From: Nitrosopumilaceae archaeon
GTDB taxonomy: Archaea > Thermoproteota > Nitrososphaeria > Nitrososphaerales > Nitrosopumilaceae
Direction: 5' to 3'
DNA: 64,000 nucleotides
NCBI GenBank assembly: GCA_965203465.1
Contig: CBDBCR010000003.1
Coordinates: 352,001 to 416,000 of the forward strand
Under the pieces are notes generated by a model. That model saw nothing but the letters and a program-made list of their open reading frames with translations, had not been told where the DNA came from and made no database searches. Shown here in pieces: positions 9,819 through 18,318 of the stretch (position 1 is the first letter of the stretch; each line of letters opens with the position of its first letter). Position numbers and translations under genes: made by a program.

Positions 9819-10091
9819 TCACGGACGGTTGTCGCGCATGTACAGTTCTTCGTGATCGCCGATTTTCAAGATGTGTATGGTGCTGTTGTCGTACGATACT
9901 TTGTAGATGACGCGGGTTGACTTCGTTAGGCGGTGTCCAAAACAGTTTTTGTATCTGCCAGTCTTTTGTTCACCCATATGTGTTGGATTGTTGGTGTTTC
10001 TTATCTCGTCAATAAACGCACGATACTTCTTTATTACTTGACTAGATTTGTGTTTTTTGATATTTTTCTTTGCGTCGCTTGAAAGTTCCAT
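9819..10091 (-). CDS. RelE/ParE-superfamily toxin
   Basis: 90 aa basic protein with RVIYKV...ILKIGDHEELY C-terminus; starts 9 nt after the putative antitoxin stop; AT-rich. Confidence 0.8.
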   Translation of the reverse strand: MELSSDAKKNIKKHKSSQVIKKYRAFIDEIRNTNNPTHMGEQKTGRYKNCFGHRLTKSTRVIYKVSYDNSTIHILKIGDHEELYMRDNRP

Positions 10092-10100
10092 ATTCCAGAG

Positions 10101-10697
10101 TCATTCCTTCATCAAGCGATCAATGTATTGTATATGTTCTTCTATAGAGTGCCCCTCCCAGTTTGCGTTTTCTGATTCGATCTCTTGTATCATGCGTTCA
10201 ATTTCAGGACTGAAACGTACATCCTCTGGACCTTCATCAGTCACTCTGTCCTTTATCCGGCTGTTCTTGGCATATTGCGGATAGTCTGCACATATTTCTC
10301 CGATTAGCTTGTCCAGTGATTTTTTGTTCAGGTTGGTAAACGTCTCGTAAATTCGACCGACGAGATCTCCGTGGTCGTGCAGCAACGACGACAGCCTCTT
10401 GGCGCCCTTTGGCGCAAGGCTGTAAAAGTCCATCGCGCGGCCGCCAAACTCTCTGGATTCGATCTTGAGCAACCCCGTCTTTTCAGCTTCCTGTAGATCG
10501 CATGTAAGATCCATGCTGTACGGACCGTAGTGGTACGCCTCCCAATCCGAATAGAACCCCAGAGGCTTGAGATCGGCCCGGTATAGCTGGTATGCAAGAA
10601 AGCCGTATTTCTGCAGCCGTGTTCTGCCCCTTATGGGGCCTGGTTGATGAGAAAGACTATCCTGTCCGTTCCTTCCAACGGTTGCCTTTCCCGGCAC
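10101..10697 (-). CDS. Panacea/SocA(YwgA)-like antitoxin with acidic C-terminal extension; 5' end probably frameshifted
   Basis: GRTRLQKYGFL and WEAYHYGPYS motifs. A better N-terminus (TTG 10678) lies in another frame. Confidence 0.7.
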   Translation of the reverse strand: MPGKATVGRNGQDSLSHQPGPIRGRTRLQKYGFLAYQLYRADLKPLGFYSDWEAYHYGPYSMDLTCDLQEAEKTGLLKIESREFGGRAMDFYSLAPKGAKRLSSLLHDHGDLVGRIYETFTNLNKKSLDKLIGEICADYPQYAKNSRIKDRVTDEGPEDVRFSPEIERMIQEIESENANWEGHSIEEHIQYIDRLMKE

Positions 10698-11214
10698 CCA
10701 TATTTGAACCGCGGACTCGGGTCGATTGAGGCCGCGCCTAGTCCGCTTCGGCTAGGCGCGCGCGGCGCCGTTGGGGCGCCGGCCCAGCTCTGCCGCGCGT
10801 CTTTGCCCCAGCCGCCCGCGCGGCGGGGGCGAGCCGGCGTTCTGCGCTGCCGCCTCGAGATTTAGCTCCGAGATCTCGCGCTCGTATCCCAGGAACCGTG
10901 CTTCCGAGCTGCTCGTTCTCGGGCGAGACCCCGACGAGATCCCTGCGCACTGGCGGTCTCCGGCACGGGCCTGCGCCGGATCCGGAGATCAACAAACACA
11001 GCCGGTCAAAAAAACTACAGCCAAGTGCCGAAAATCGACCCGGCCGGTCCCCGGCAGCCCGAACCGAGACGGGCGCACCCGACCGCCGGGCTCTTGCCGC
11101 TACCCGCCGCGCCCGTTCCCGGGGCGGGGCATCGCCGTGCGGCCCCCGGGCCGGAAACGGCGCCGCGCCCCGCCCTGTCCAGAATTTATATGGCAACGCG
11201 CGCGTGCCGGCCGC

Positions 11215-12018
11215 ATGGCGTCCAGGATGGATTCGGACTTTGCGTACGTAGACGGCAGGGGCAACGTCATGCGCTCGCGCGCGGAGCTGGCCGTGGCGCG
11301 GATGCTGTCCTTTCTGGGGATAGAGTACGAGTACGACGCGCCGGTCGGCGGCTCGGGGCTGCGCGCCGACTTTTCGACAGGCAGGGGCCTCATCGAGGTC
11401 GTCGACTCCGAAGAGGACGCCGAAAAGTACCGGCGCATAAAGGCCGAGCTGCCCGGGGGGCGCGTGGCCGCGGTCGGGCGCCCGCGGCACGGCGCCAAGG
11501 CCGGGGATCTGCGCGAGATATCGTTCTACGAGGACGAGCCGGAGTCCGGCTCCATATTCATCGAGGACCCCTCGTTCGCGTTCGACTACGCCCACATACT
11601 CCCCCTGGTCGAAAAGTGCTCCATACTGCACGGCCACACGTCCTCGATAATGGTGGAGCTTGCGGGCCGCATGACCGACAACCTCGTGATGGACTTCGGC
11701 GAGGCCAAAAAGATGATACGCTCGGCCGTCGCCCGGTTCGACCACAAGTTCTTCATCAACGAAAAGTACCTAAAGTCCAGCGAGGGTGGCCACTACCGCG
11801 TGGCCTTTGACGGCCCGCGCGGCGCGTTCGACCTGACCGTCCCGGCCGACACCGCCTACCTCCTGCGGGGCGAGGCCACCGTCGAGAACCTCTCCTCGGA
11901 GCTGGTGCGGATACTGACCCCGATGCTGCCCGGCAACATAGAGGCCGTCGGCGTGTACATTTACGAGGGGCACAACAAGGGCTCGCACATCATATCGAGC
12001 GTGGCAAGGGGCGGATAG
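11215..12018 (+). CDS. queD: 6-pyruvoyl/6-carboxy-tetrahydropterin synthase (QueD family) with N-terminal PD-(D/E)XK-like domain
   Basis: FDYAHIL, CSILHGH, MDFG, FDHKF, TVEN; TTTATA at 11185-11190 supports ATG 11215. Confidence 0.85.
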   Translation: MASRMDSDFAYVDGRGNVMRSRAELAVARMLSFLGIEYEYDAPVGGSGLRADFSTGRGLIEVVDSEEDAEKYRRIKAELPGGRVAAVGRPRHGAKAGDLREISFYEDEPESGSIFIEDPSFAFDYAHILPLVEKCSILHGHTSSIMVELAGRMTDNLVMDFGEAKKMIRSAVARFDHKFFINEKYLKSSEGGHYRVAFDGPRGAFDLTVPADTAYLLRGEATVENLSSELVRILTPMLPGNIEAVGVYIYEGHNKGSHIISSVARGG

Positions 12019-12063
12019 GCAACGATACGGGAAAAGGCGTGGAACCCGGGCCTCGAAAAGGCC

Positions 12064-14322
12064 GTGCTCGAAAAGTGGCGCAAAGAGGGCACGTACAGGT
12101 TCGAGCCGGGGGCGAAAAACTACACCATAGACACCCCGCCGCCGTACCCGTCGGGCAGGCCCTGGCACATCGGGGCCGCGGCGCACTACGCCCAGATAGA
12201 CATGATAGCGAGGACCGCCCGCATGTCCGGCAAGAACGTGTACTTTCCGGTGGGCATCGACCGCAACGGCCTGCCCGTAGAGCTGTACACCGAAAAGAAG
12301 CACGGCATACGCATGCAGGAGACCGAGAGGGGCAGGTTCTTGGAGCTGTGCAGGGAGGCGCTAGACGACCTGGAGGAAGAGATGATACTGACGATGAGGA
12401 ACCTCGGCCTGAGCGGGGATCTGGACGGGCACTACCGCACCGACTCCAGAGAGTACCGGGCCCTCACGCAGGCCACGTTCATAAGACTGTGGAAGGACAA
12501 GAGGGTGTACTCTGCCACGCGGCCCACCAACTACGACTGGGTCTCGGGCACCACGATAGCCGACGCCGAGATATCCTACCTCGAGCTGCCCTCCAAGCTT
12601 GTCCACATGAGGTTCGAGCACGAGGGGGGCAGCGTCACGGTGGCCAGCACCAGGCCGGAGCTGCTCTGCGCGTGCAGGGCCGTCATCGTCAACCCCGAGG
12701 ACGAGAGGTACTCTGGCGCGGTGGGGCGCGCCGTCAGGGTCCCGCTCACGGGAGCCGAGGTCCCCGTGCGCGCGCACAGCTCGGCAAAACGGGACTTTGG
12801 ATCCGGCGCCGTGATGATATGCAGCTACGGCGACCAGCACGACGTGGCCCTGTTCCGCGAGATGGGCCTGGAGGAGGTGCGCGCCGTCGGCACCGACGGC
12901 AGGATGACGGACGCGGCCGGCAAGTACTCGGGGATGCGCCCCAAAAAGGCCAGGGAGGCCGTCATCGCCGACCTGGAGGAGGCCGGCCTCGTGGAAAAGA
13001 CGGAGCAGATAACCCACCGCACGCCCGTCTCGGAGAGGACAAAGACGCCCGTCGAGATAGTGCCCCTCGAAGAGTACTATGTCAGGCAGACCGACCGCGT
13101 AGAGCAGATGCGCTCCGTCTCCGATCTGGTATCGTTCTTCCCCGAGAGGCACAGGCAGATACTGCACAACTGGCTGGACTCGATAGCCATAGACTGGCCC
13201 GTCTCGAGGCGCAGGTACTACGGCACCGAGATACCCGTCTGGTACTGCACGGGGTGCGGCGAGCCGCACGTGCCCGAGCCTGGGAGGTACTACCAGCCCT
13301 GGAGGGAAGAGTGCCCGGCGGAAAGGTGCCCCGAATGCGGCGGCTCGGAGTTCCGCGGCGAGGAGCGCACGTTCGACACGTGGATGGATTCGAGCGTCTC
13401 GCCCCTCTTCGTTTCCAGGTACGGCGTGGACGAGGAGTTTTTCAGGGCCACGTACCCCGCCTCGCTGCGCCCCCAGGCCAAGGACATCGTGCGCACGTGG
13501 CTTTACTACACGCTGCTGCGCTGCACCGAGCTTACCGGCCGCGTCCCGTGGTCGGAGGCGTGGATAATGGGGTACGGCCTCGACGAGCGCGGGCTCAAGA
13601 TGAGCAAGAGCCGCGGCAACGCCATCGACCCCCTGCCGCTGATAGAGAAGATGGGCGCCGACACGTTCCGCTTCTGGAGCGCAGGCGAGATAGGCCACGG
13701 CTCGGACTTTAGGTGCAACGAGCAAAAGATAGAGTCCACCAAAAAGTTCCTCAGCAAGCTGTGGAACGTGGCGCGCCTGGTCTCGGGCTTCGAGCGGCGC
13801 GGCCCCGGCGAGTTGCAGGACGCGGACAGGTGGATACTGGCCGAGCTGGACCGCCTGGTGGCCGAGTGCAGGAAGGGGTATTCAGAGTACAACTTTTTCG
13901 TGCCGGCCGTGGCCGTGCGCGAGTTCGTCTGGAACGTGTTCGCGGCCCACTACCTAGAGATGGTCAAAAAGCGCGCGTACGGCGAGGGCTCCGAAGGGGG
14001 GCGCGACGCGGCCGTCGAGACTATGCACCGCGTGCTCTCCGCGGTGCTAAAGCTGCTCGCCCCCATCGCCCCGTTCATAACCGAGCACCTCTGGCAAGAG
14101 CTGTACTCTGACGGCGAAAGCGTGCACCTGCAAGAGCTGCCCTCGCCGTCGGGCAACCCCGGCCCCCCGGTCTCGGGAGAGCGCATCTACGCGTTCAACT
14201 CGTCTGTGTGGAACGCCAAAAAGGAGCGCGGCCTGTCCCTCAAGGACCGGATAGACGTGGAGGTGCCCCACGAGCTCCGGGGCGTGGCGGCGGACCTGCG
14301 CGCCATGCACAACCTGCCATGA
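12064..14322 (+). CDS. valS: Valine-tRNA ligase (true start may be slightly upstream)
   Basis: DTPPPYPSG, HIGA (HIGH), DTWMDSS, KMSKS. Confidence 0.96.
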   Translation: MLEKWRKEGTYRFEPGAKNYTIDTPPPYPSGRPWHIGAAAHYAQIDMIARTARMSGKNVYFPVGIDRNGLPVELYTEKKHGIRMQETERGRFLELCREALDDLEEEMILTMRNLGLSGDLDGHYRTDSREYRALTQATFIRLWKDKRVYSATRPTNYDWVSGTTIADAEISYLELPSKLVHMRFEHEGGSVTVASTRPELLCACRAVIVNPEDERYSGAVGRAVRVPLTGAEVPVRAHSSAKRDFGSGAVMICSYGDQHDVALFREMGLEEVRAVGTDGRMTDAAGKYSGMRPKKAREAVIADLEEAGLVEKTEQITHRTPVSERTKTPVEIVPLEEYYVRQTDRVEQMRSVSDLVSFFPERHRQILHNWLDSIAIDWPVSRRRYYGTEIPVWYCTGCGEPHVPEPGRYYQPWREECPAERCPECGGSEFRGEERTFDTWMDSSVSPLFVSRYGVDEEFFRATYPASLRPQAKDIVRTWLYYTLLRCTELTGRVPWSEAWIMGYGLDERGLKMSKSRGNAIDPLPLIEKMGADTFRFWSAGEIGHGSDFRCNEQKIESTKKFLSKLWNVARLVSGFERRGPGELQDADRWILAELDRLVAECRKGYSEYNFFVPAVAVREFVWNVFAAHYLEMVKKRAYGEGSEGGRDAAVETMHRVLSAVLKLLAPIAPFITEHLWQELYSDGESVHLQELPSPSGNPGPPVSGERIYAFNSSVWNAKKERGLSLKDRIDVEVPHELRGVAADLRAMHNLP

Positions 14323-15095
14323 CCGACGCGCGCTCCATAAAGGCGAGGTTCGCGGCCGCCTACGGGGGCAGCGCCCACCTGCGCGAGGCCGTGCCCCACG
14401 AGTATCCGGGCGCGCCGGCCGGCCGCCTGGAGATGCTCCACGAGTTCGCGCGCGCCTCGCCCATCTACCACAACTCGTTCGCGATGGATCTTGGCGTGCC
14501 CTGCACCGCCTACGAGGGCGACATCAGCGGGCACTGGATAGACAGCACAAAGCACGACGCGAGCGCCCAGCCGTTCTACCCCACCTGGATCCTCTCGGCG
14601 TACCTCGCGGCCGCCGAGGCCGCGCGCCTCGGCGCGCGCCAGTCCGTCGACGTGGGATCGGGCGACGGCAGGGTGGCCTACGCGTGCGCGCTGGCCGGCA
14701 TGGAGTCGCACGGCGTGGAGCTGGACCCAGGGCTGTGCGCCCTGCAAAAGTCCGTCTCGGAGGGCACCGGCGTGGGGTTCGGCGTGCACTGCGCCGACGC
14801 GGCCTCGTTCGACTATTCGGCGCTGGGCCTGCGCCGGCCGGCCGTGTTCATAGGCGGGCTGCCGCAGATGGGGGAGGGCCTGGCCGAGGCCGTCGTGGAG
14901 TCGGTCCTCGGCCTCGGGCTGGACCGCCCCGTGTTCGTGCTGATGGGCAGCCGCGAGCGCAGGGCCCTGGGCCCGGGCGGCTCGTGGGACGGCCTCTTGG
15001 AAAAGGCCGGGCTGGCGGCAAAGTCAGTCCTGGAGCTTCCCACGTCGTGGACCATGGACAGGGCGCGCGACACCCCGTACATCTACGCCTACTAG
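14319..15095 (+). CDS. Putative class I SAM-dependent methyltransferase
   Basis: ATGA overlap with the valS stop; VDVGSGDG motif I followed by GVELD. Confidence 0.75.
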   Translation: MTDARSIKARFAAAYGGSAHLREAVPHEYPGAPAGRLEMLHEFARASPIYHNSFAMDLGVPCTAYEGDISGHWIDSTKHDASAQPFYPTWILSAYLAAAEAARLGARQSVDVGSGDGRVAYACALAGMESHGVELDPGLCALQKSVSEGTGVGFGVHCADAASFDYSALGLRRPAVFIGGLPQMGEGLAEAVVESVLGLGLDRPVFVLMGSRERRALGPGGSWDGLLEKAGLAAKSVLELPTSWTMDRARDTPYIYAY

Positions 15096-15700
15096 GTGCC
15101 GTGTATCGAATCGCCGTACGTGCCCTCTATGGACGAGCTCGACACGTCCGGCATGGGCGACTGGAGGCGCGCGACGGTCACGCCCAGCTTTAGCTTTTTG
15201 CACCCGTCTATGATTGCGCGCTCCTGGTGGACCTGGTCGTACCCGAGCGCGATTATCTGCGGCCGTATGCGCGCGACGGTCCTGAATATGTCCTCGTCGT
15301 CGCCGACCACGGCCGCGTCGGCCAGCCGGAGGGCCCCCACCAGATCGCGCCGCTGCTCCTGGCTGTGCAGCGGCCTGCGGCGCTTCATCTTGACGGCCGT
15401 CTTGTCGGTGGCGATGACGACCACCAGCACGTCGCCTAGGCCGGCCGCCTCGCGGAGCGTGTGTATGTGGCCGGGGTGTATGATGTCGAACACGCCGCCT
15501 GCCAGGACAACCTTGATCTTTGAGGAGCCCTTTTCGGTCGGCCGCCTGTCGGGGCCAACGAGGCCGTCGCGCGCCATGTACACGAGCCTCTCGCGCACGC
15601 CGTCGGCGTCGGGCATCGCGCGCAGCGCCGGCTCGGGATCGCGCCCCTCAAGTGCCGCCACGTACAGGCGCGCCAGTATCCGCCTGTCCGTAGAGTCCAC
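15092..15700 (-). CDS. ribL: FAD synthase / cytidylyltransferase family protein
   Basis: GGVFDIIHPGH (HxGH), IALGYDQ, SSS motif. Confidence 0.8.
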   Translation of the reverse strand: MDSTDRRILARLYVAALEGRDPEPALRAMPDADGVRERLVYMARDGLVGPDRRPTEKGSSKIKVVLAGGVFDIIHPGHIHTLREAAGLGDVLVVVIATDKTAVKMKRRRPLHSQEQRRDLVGALRLADAAVVGDDEDIFRTVARIRPQIIALGYDQVHQERAIIDGCKKLKLGVTVARLQSPMPDVSSSSIEGTYGDSIHGT

Positions 15701-15788
15701 GCGCAGCGCCAGCCGGCCCCGTTTGATTAACCCATCGGGCCGCGCGCAGGGCCCCCGCCGAAGCGCGCAAAAATAAGTGGTTTGGGGA

Positions 15789-16124
15789 CTAGCCCCTTCC
15801 CATCGCGGCGTACTTGCCGGAGCGCGACCTTATGAAGAACGCTGCCGCTATGCCCCCGAAGATAGCCCCGGATATGATGGACGCGCCCACGACGCCGTTG
15901 GCGTCAAGGTACGGCGTGCCCGAACCGGTCTCTGGGTTTTCCATCGCGAGCGTGACGCGCCTGCTCTGAAGCTCTAGGGCCTCTTCGAGCGTGTTTTGCC
16001 CCGTCTCTCCCTGCGAGCCGACGTTGCCGAGGTACTGCGCGTGCGCGACCCCCGCAAAGCCCATGCTCGCCGCCAGCGTGGCGGCCACCAAGCCGCCAAG
16101 CAGTACAGATCTGGTCATAGCCAT
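15789..16124 (-). CDS. Small secreted/membrane-anchored hypothetical protein
   Basis: Signal peptide ending AHA, C-terminal TM helix and basic tail; TATA-like TTAAAT about 25 nt upstream; divergent from rps15. Confidence 0.75.
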   Translation of the reverse strand: MAMTRSVLLGGLVAATLAASMGFAGVAHAQYLGNVGSQGETGQNTLEEALELQSRRVTLAMENPETGSGTPYLDANGVVGASIISGAIFGGIAAAFFIRSRSGKYAAMGRG

Positions 16125-16234
16125 CGGGCCGGATCCCGGCCGGCTCCTATTTAACCCTTGGGCAGATCAGGCCCGATCGCGCGGGGCCGCGCCCCGATCC
16201 CAAGGTTTAATTCGGCAGATCGGGGCGCGCGCGC

Positions 16235-16753
16235 GTGGGAAGGCTACACAGCCACAGGCACGGCAAGTCGCACTCGATAAGGCCTGTGAATCCAGACGCG
16301 CTGTCGATCGGTCAGTCCCCCGAAGAGAGAAAAGCGGTGCGGGACGGGATCCCCCTGCTCGGTTTGAAGCTGTCGTGGGTGAAGCAGTCCCCCGAAGAGA
16401 TAGAAGCCCTGATAGTAAAGTACGCAAAGGACGGCATGACGCCCAGCCAGATAGGCGTAAAGCTGCGCGACCAGCACGCCGTCCCCCTCGTAAAGCCGGT
16501 CCACGGCAAGACCATGTCGGAGATACTGCGCAAGCACAAGATGGAATCCGAGATGCCCGAGGACCTGGACAACATCGTAAGAAAGGCCGTCGGGCTCCAG
16601 CGCCACCTAAAGGCCAACAGGGGCGATCACCGCAACGTAAGATCGCTGGAGCTCATAGAGGCCAAGGTGCACAGGCTCGCAGTCTACTACAAGCGCATAG
16701 GCCGCATACCGCAAAACTGGAAATACAAGTCGGTCGTGGCCCAGCTGGAGTGA
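16235..16753 (+). CDS. rps15: 30S ribosomal protein S15 (uS15) with internal insertion
   Basis: GRLHSHRHGKSHS, PSQIGVKLRDQH, PEDL, LIEAKVHRLAVYYK...WKY. Confidence 0.96.
   Translation: MGRLHSHRHGKSHSIRPVNPDALSIGQSPEERKAVRDGIPLLGLKLSWVKQSPEEIEALIVKYAKDGMTPSQIGVKLRDQHAVPLVKPVHGKTMSEILRKHKMESEMPEDLDNIVRKAVGLQRHLKANRGDHRNVRSLELIEAKVHRLAVYYKRIGRIPQNWKYKSVVAQLE
16313..16400 (+). repeat. 16-bp direct repeat (CAGTCCCCCGAAGAGA x2, 72-nt period) inside rps15
   Basis: Copies at 16313-16328 and 16385-16400, each encoding QSPEE. Confidence 0.85.
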
Positions 16754-16754
16754 C

Positions 16755-18095
16755 ATGCTCGAAGAGCCGGTCGCGGCGCTGCGCGACCTAGTCCTCGATT
16801 CTGCCAGATCCTCCAAGCACGTGTGCGTGCTGGCCCACGCCGACTGCGACGGGCTCGCCGCCGGCGCGGTGCTCGGCGCGGCGGCCTCCCGCGCGGGCGC
16901 CGGCGTGACGGTGCGCGCCGTGCGCCGCCTGGAGCCGGGAGACATCTGCGGCCCCGTAGCCGTCCTGGCCGACCTGGGGGCCGGCATGTCCGCCGAGCTC
17001 GATTCGAAACTGGGCGACTCGTGGGCAGTCGTGGACCACCACGAGATCCCCGAATCCGAGATGGACTGCCCGCGCGTGGCCAACCCGCGCAGGGAGGGGG
17101 CGGACGGATCCAGCGCGTGCTCGGGCAGCATAGCCTGCATGGCCGCGGGGGCGCTGGACTTCGGCGGCGCCGAGTGGGCCGCCGTCGTGGCGGCGCTCGG
17201 CGACGGGCACGATTCGGGCGAGGGCCGCGAGCTTGGCGGCGCCGACGGGGAGATCGCCGCAAAGGCGGAAGAGTCGGGCGCGGTGCGCAAAGAGCGCGGC
17301 ATGCTGCTCTCGGGCCGCGGCACCAGGCCCATAGCCGAGGCCCTCGCGTGCACCACCAGGCCGTTCATGGAGGGCGTGACGTGGAACGAGCAAGAGTGCG
17401 CCAAGATAGTGCGGCACGCGGGCGTCGAAAAGTCCGAGGGGGGCCGCATGCGCGTGCCCGCCGACATGTCCGGGCAGGAGCAGTCGGCCCTGTACGACGA
17501 GGTGCGAAAGCGCGCCGGCGTCGGCCCGGATTCGGGCGCCGCGTACGTGCTGCCGTCCGAGGATCCGCGCGGCCCGCTGAGGGACGCGCGCGAGTTCGCG
17601 GCCCTGCTGTCGGCGTGCGGCACGCGCGCGCCGGGCGCGGCCGTCTCGCTGTGCATGGGACAGAGAAGCGGCGCGCTCGAAGAGGCGTCCGGCGCGCTGG
17701 AGCGCCACCGCGCCCAGGTGAGGGATCACATCGCCGCGCTGCGCGGCGAGAGGTGGAGGATAGACGGCAGCGGCCCCCTCGTCATGGTCAACGGCGACGG
17801 CGTGGTGCCCGAAGAGATGACCGGCGCGGTCTCTGCGGTGATAGCCGGCTCGGCGCGCAGCTCCGGCAAGGTGGTGCTGCTGCGCACGCAGGACGGCGAA
17901 GAAGTCAAGTTCTCGTCCAGGAAGGCGCCCGGCTGCGGGCCCGAGCCGGATCTGCACGAGCTGATGCGCGAGGGCGCCAGGCGGTGCGACGGGTCCGGCG
18001 GCGGCAGGCGCGCCTCGGCCGCGGCGCGCATATCCAAAGACAGATTAGACGACTTTCTGAGGTACGTCGAGGGCAATGTCAAGGTGCAGGGTTGA
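16755..18095 (+). CDS. DHH/RecJ-like phosphoesterase
   Basis: HADCDG, DLG, VDHH, ALGD and a DHHA1-like end; classic archaeal position after rps15. Confidence 0.85.
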   Translation: MLEEPVAALRDLVLDSARSSKHVCVLAHADCDGLAAGAVLGAAASRAGAGVTVRAVRRLEPGDICGPVAVLADLGAGMSAELDSKLGDSWAVVDHHEIPESEMDCPRVANPRREGADGSSACSGSIACMAAGALDFGGAEWAAVVAALGDGHDSGEGRELGGADGEIAAKAEESGAVRKERGMLLSGRGTRPIAEALACTTRPFMEGVTWNEQECAKIVRHAGVEKSEGGRMRVPADMSGQEQSALYDEVRKRAGVGPDSGAAYVLPSEDPRGPLRDAREFAALLSACGTRAPGAAVSLCMGQRSGALEEASGALERHRAQVRDHIAALRGERWRIDGSGPLVMVNGDGVVPEEMTGAVSAVIAGSARSSGKVVLLRTQDGEEVKFSSRKAPGCGPEPDLHELMREGARRCDGSGGGRRASAAARISKDRLDDFLRYVEGNVKVQG

Positions 18096-18318
18096 GGTCA
18101 GGCTGCCGGGCCTGCCCGACGGCGCCGCGCGCGCCGCCTCGGAGGCGCTCGAGGCGGACAACGTGGGCTTTCCGCCCGGCCAGTCCATGGAGGTGCGCGC
18201 AGGACAAGACTCGCTCGAGATCGACTTCAGCGCGGACGGCAGCATCGCCTCGCTCGCTTCCACCATAGACGAGGTGCTCTCGCACGTGCAGGCCTCGCTG
18301 GGGGCGACAAGATGCTAG
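18076..18318 (+). CDS. pcc1: KEOPS complex subunit Pcc1
   Basis: 80 aa; ALEADN...SLASTIDEVL pattern; conserved rps15-DHH-Pcc1-serS order. Confidence 0.75.
   Translation: MSRCRVEVRLPGLPDGAARAASEALEADNVGFPPGQSMEVRAGQDSLEIDFSADGSIASLASTIDEVLSHVQASLGATRC

Noticed and set aside
10760-11060. Possible degenerate transposase 5' fragment on the - strand (coiled-coil-like YEREISELNLE)
   Set aside because: Too short and frameshifted; no terminal repeat or catalytic motif to support it.
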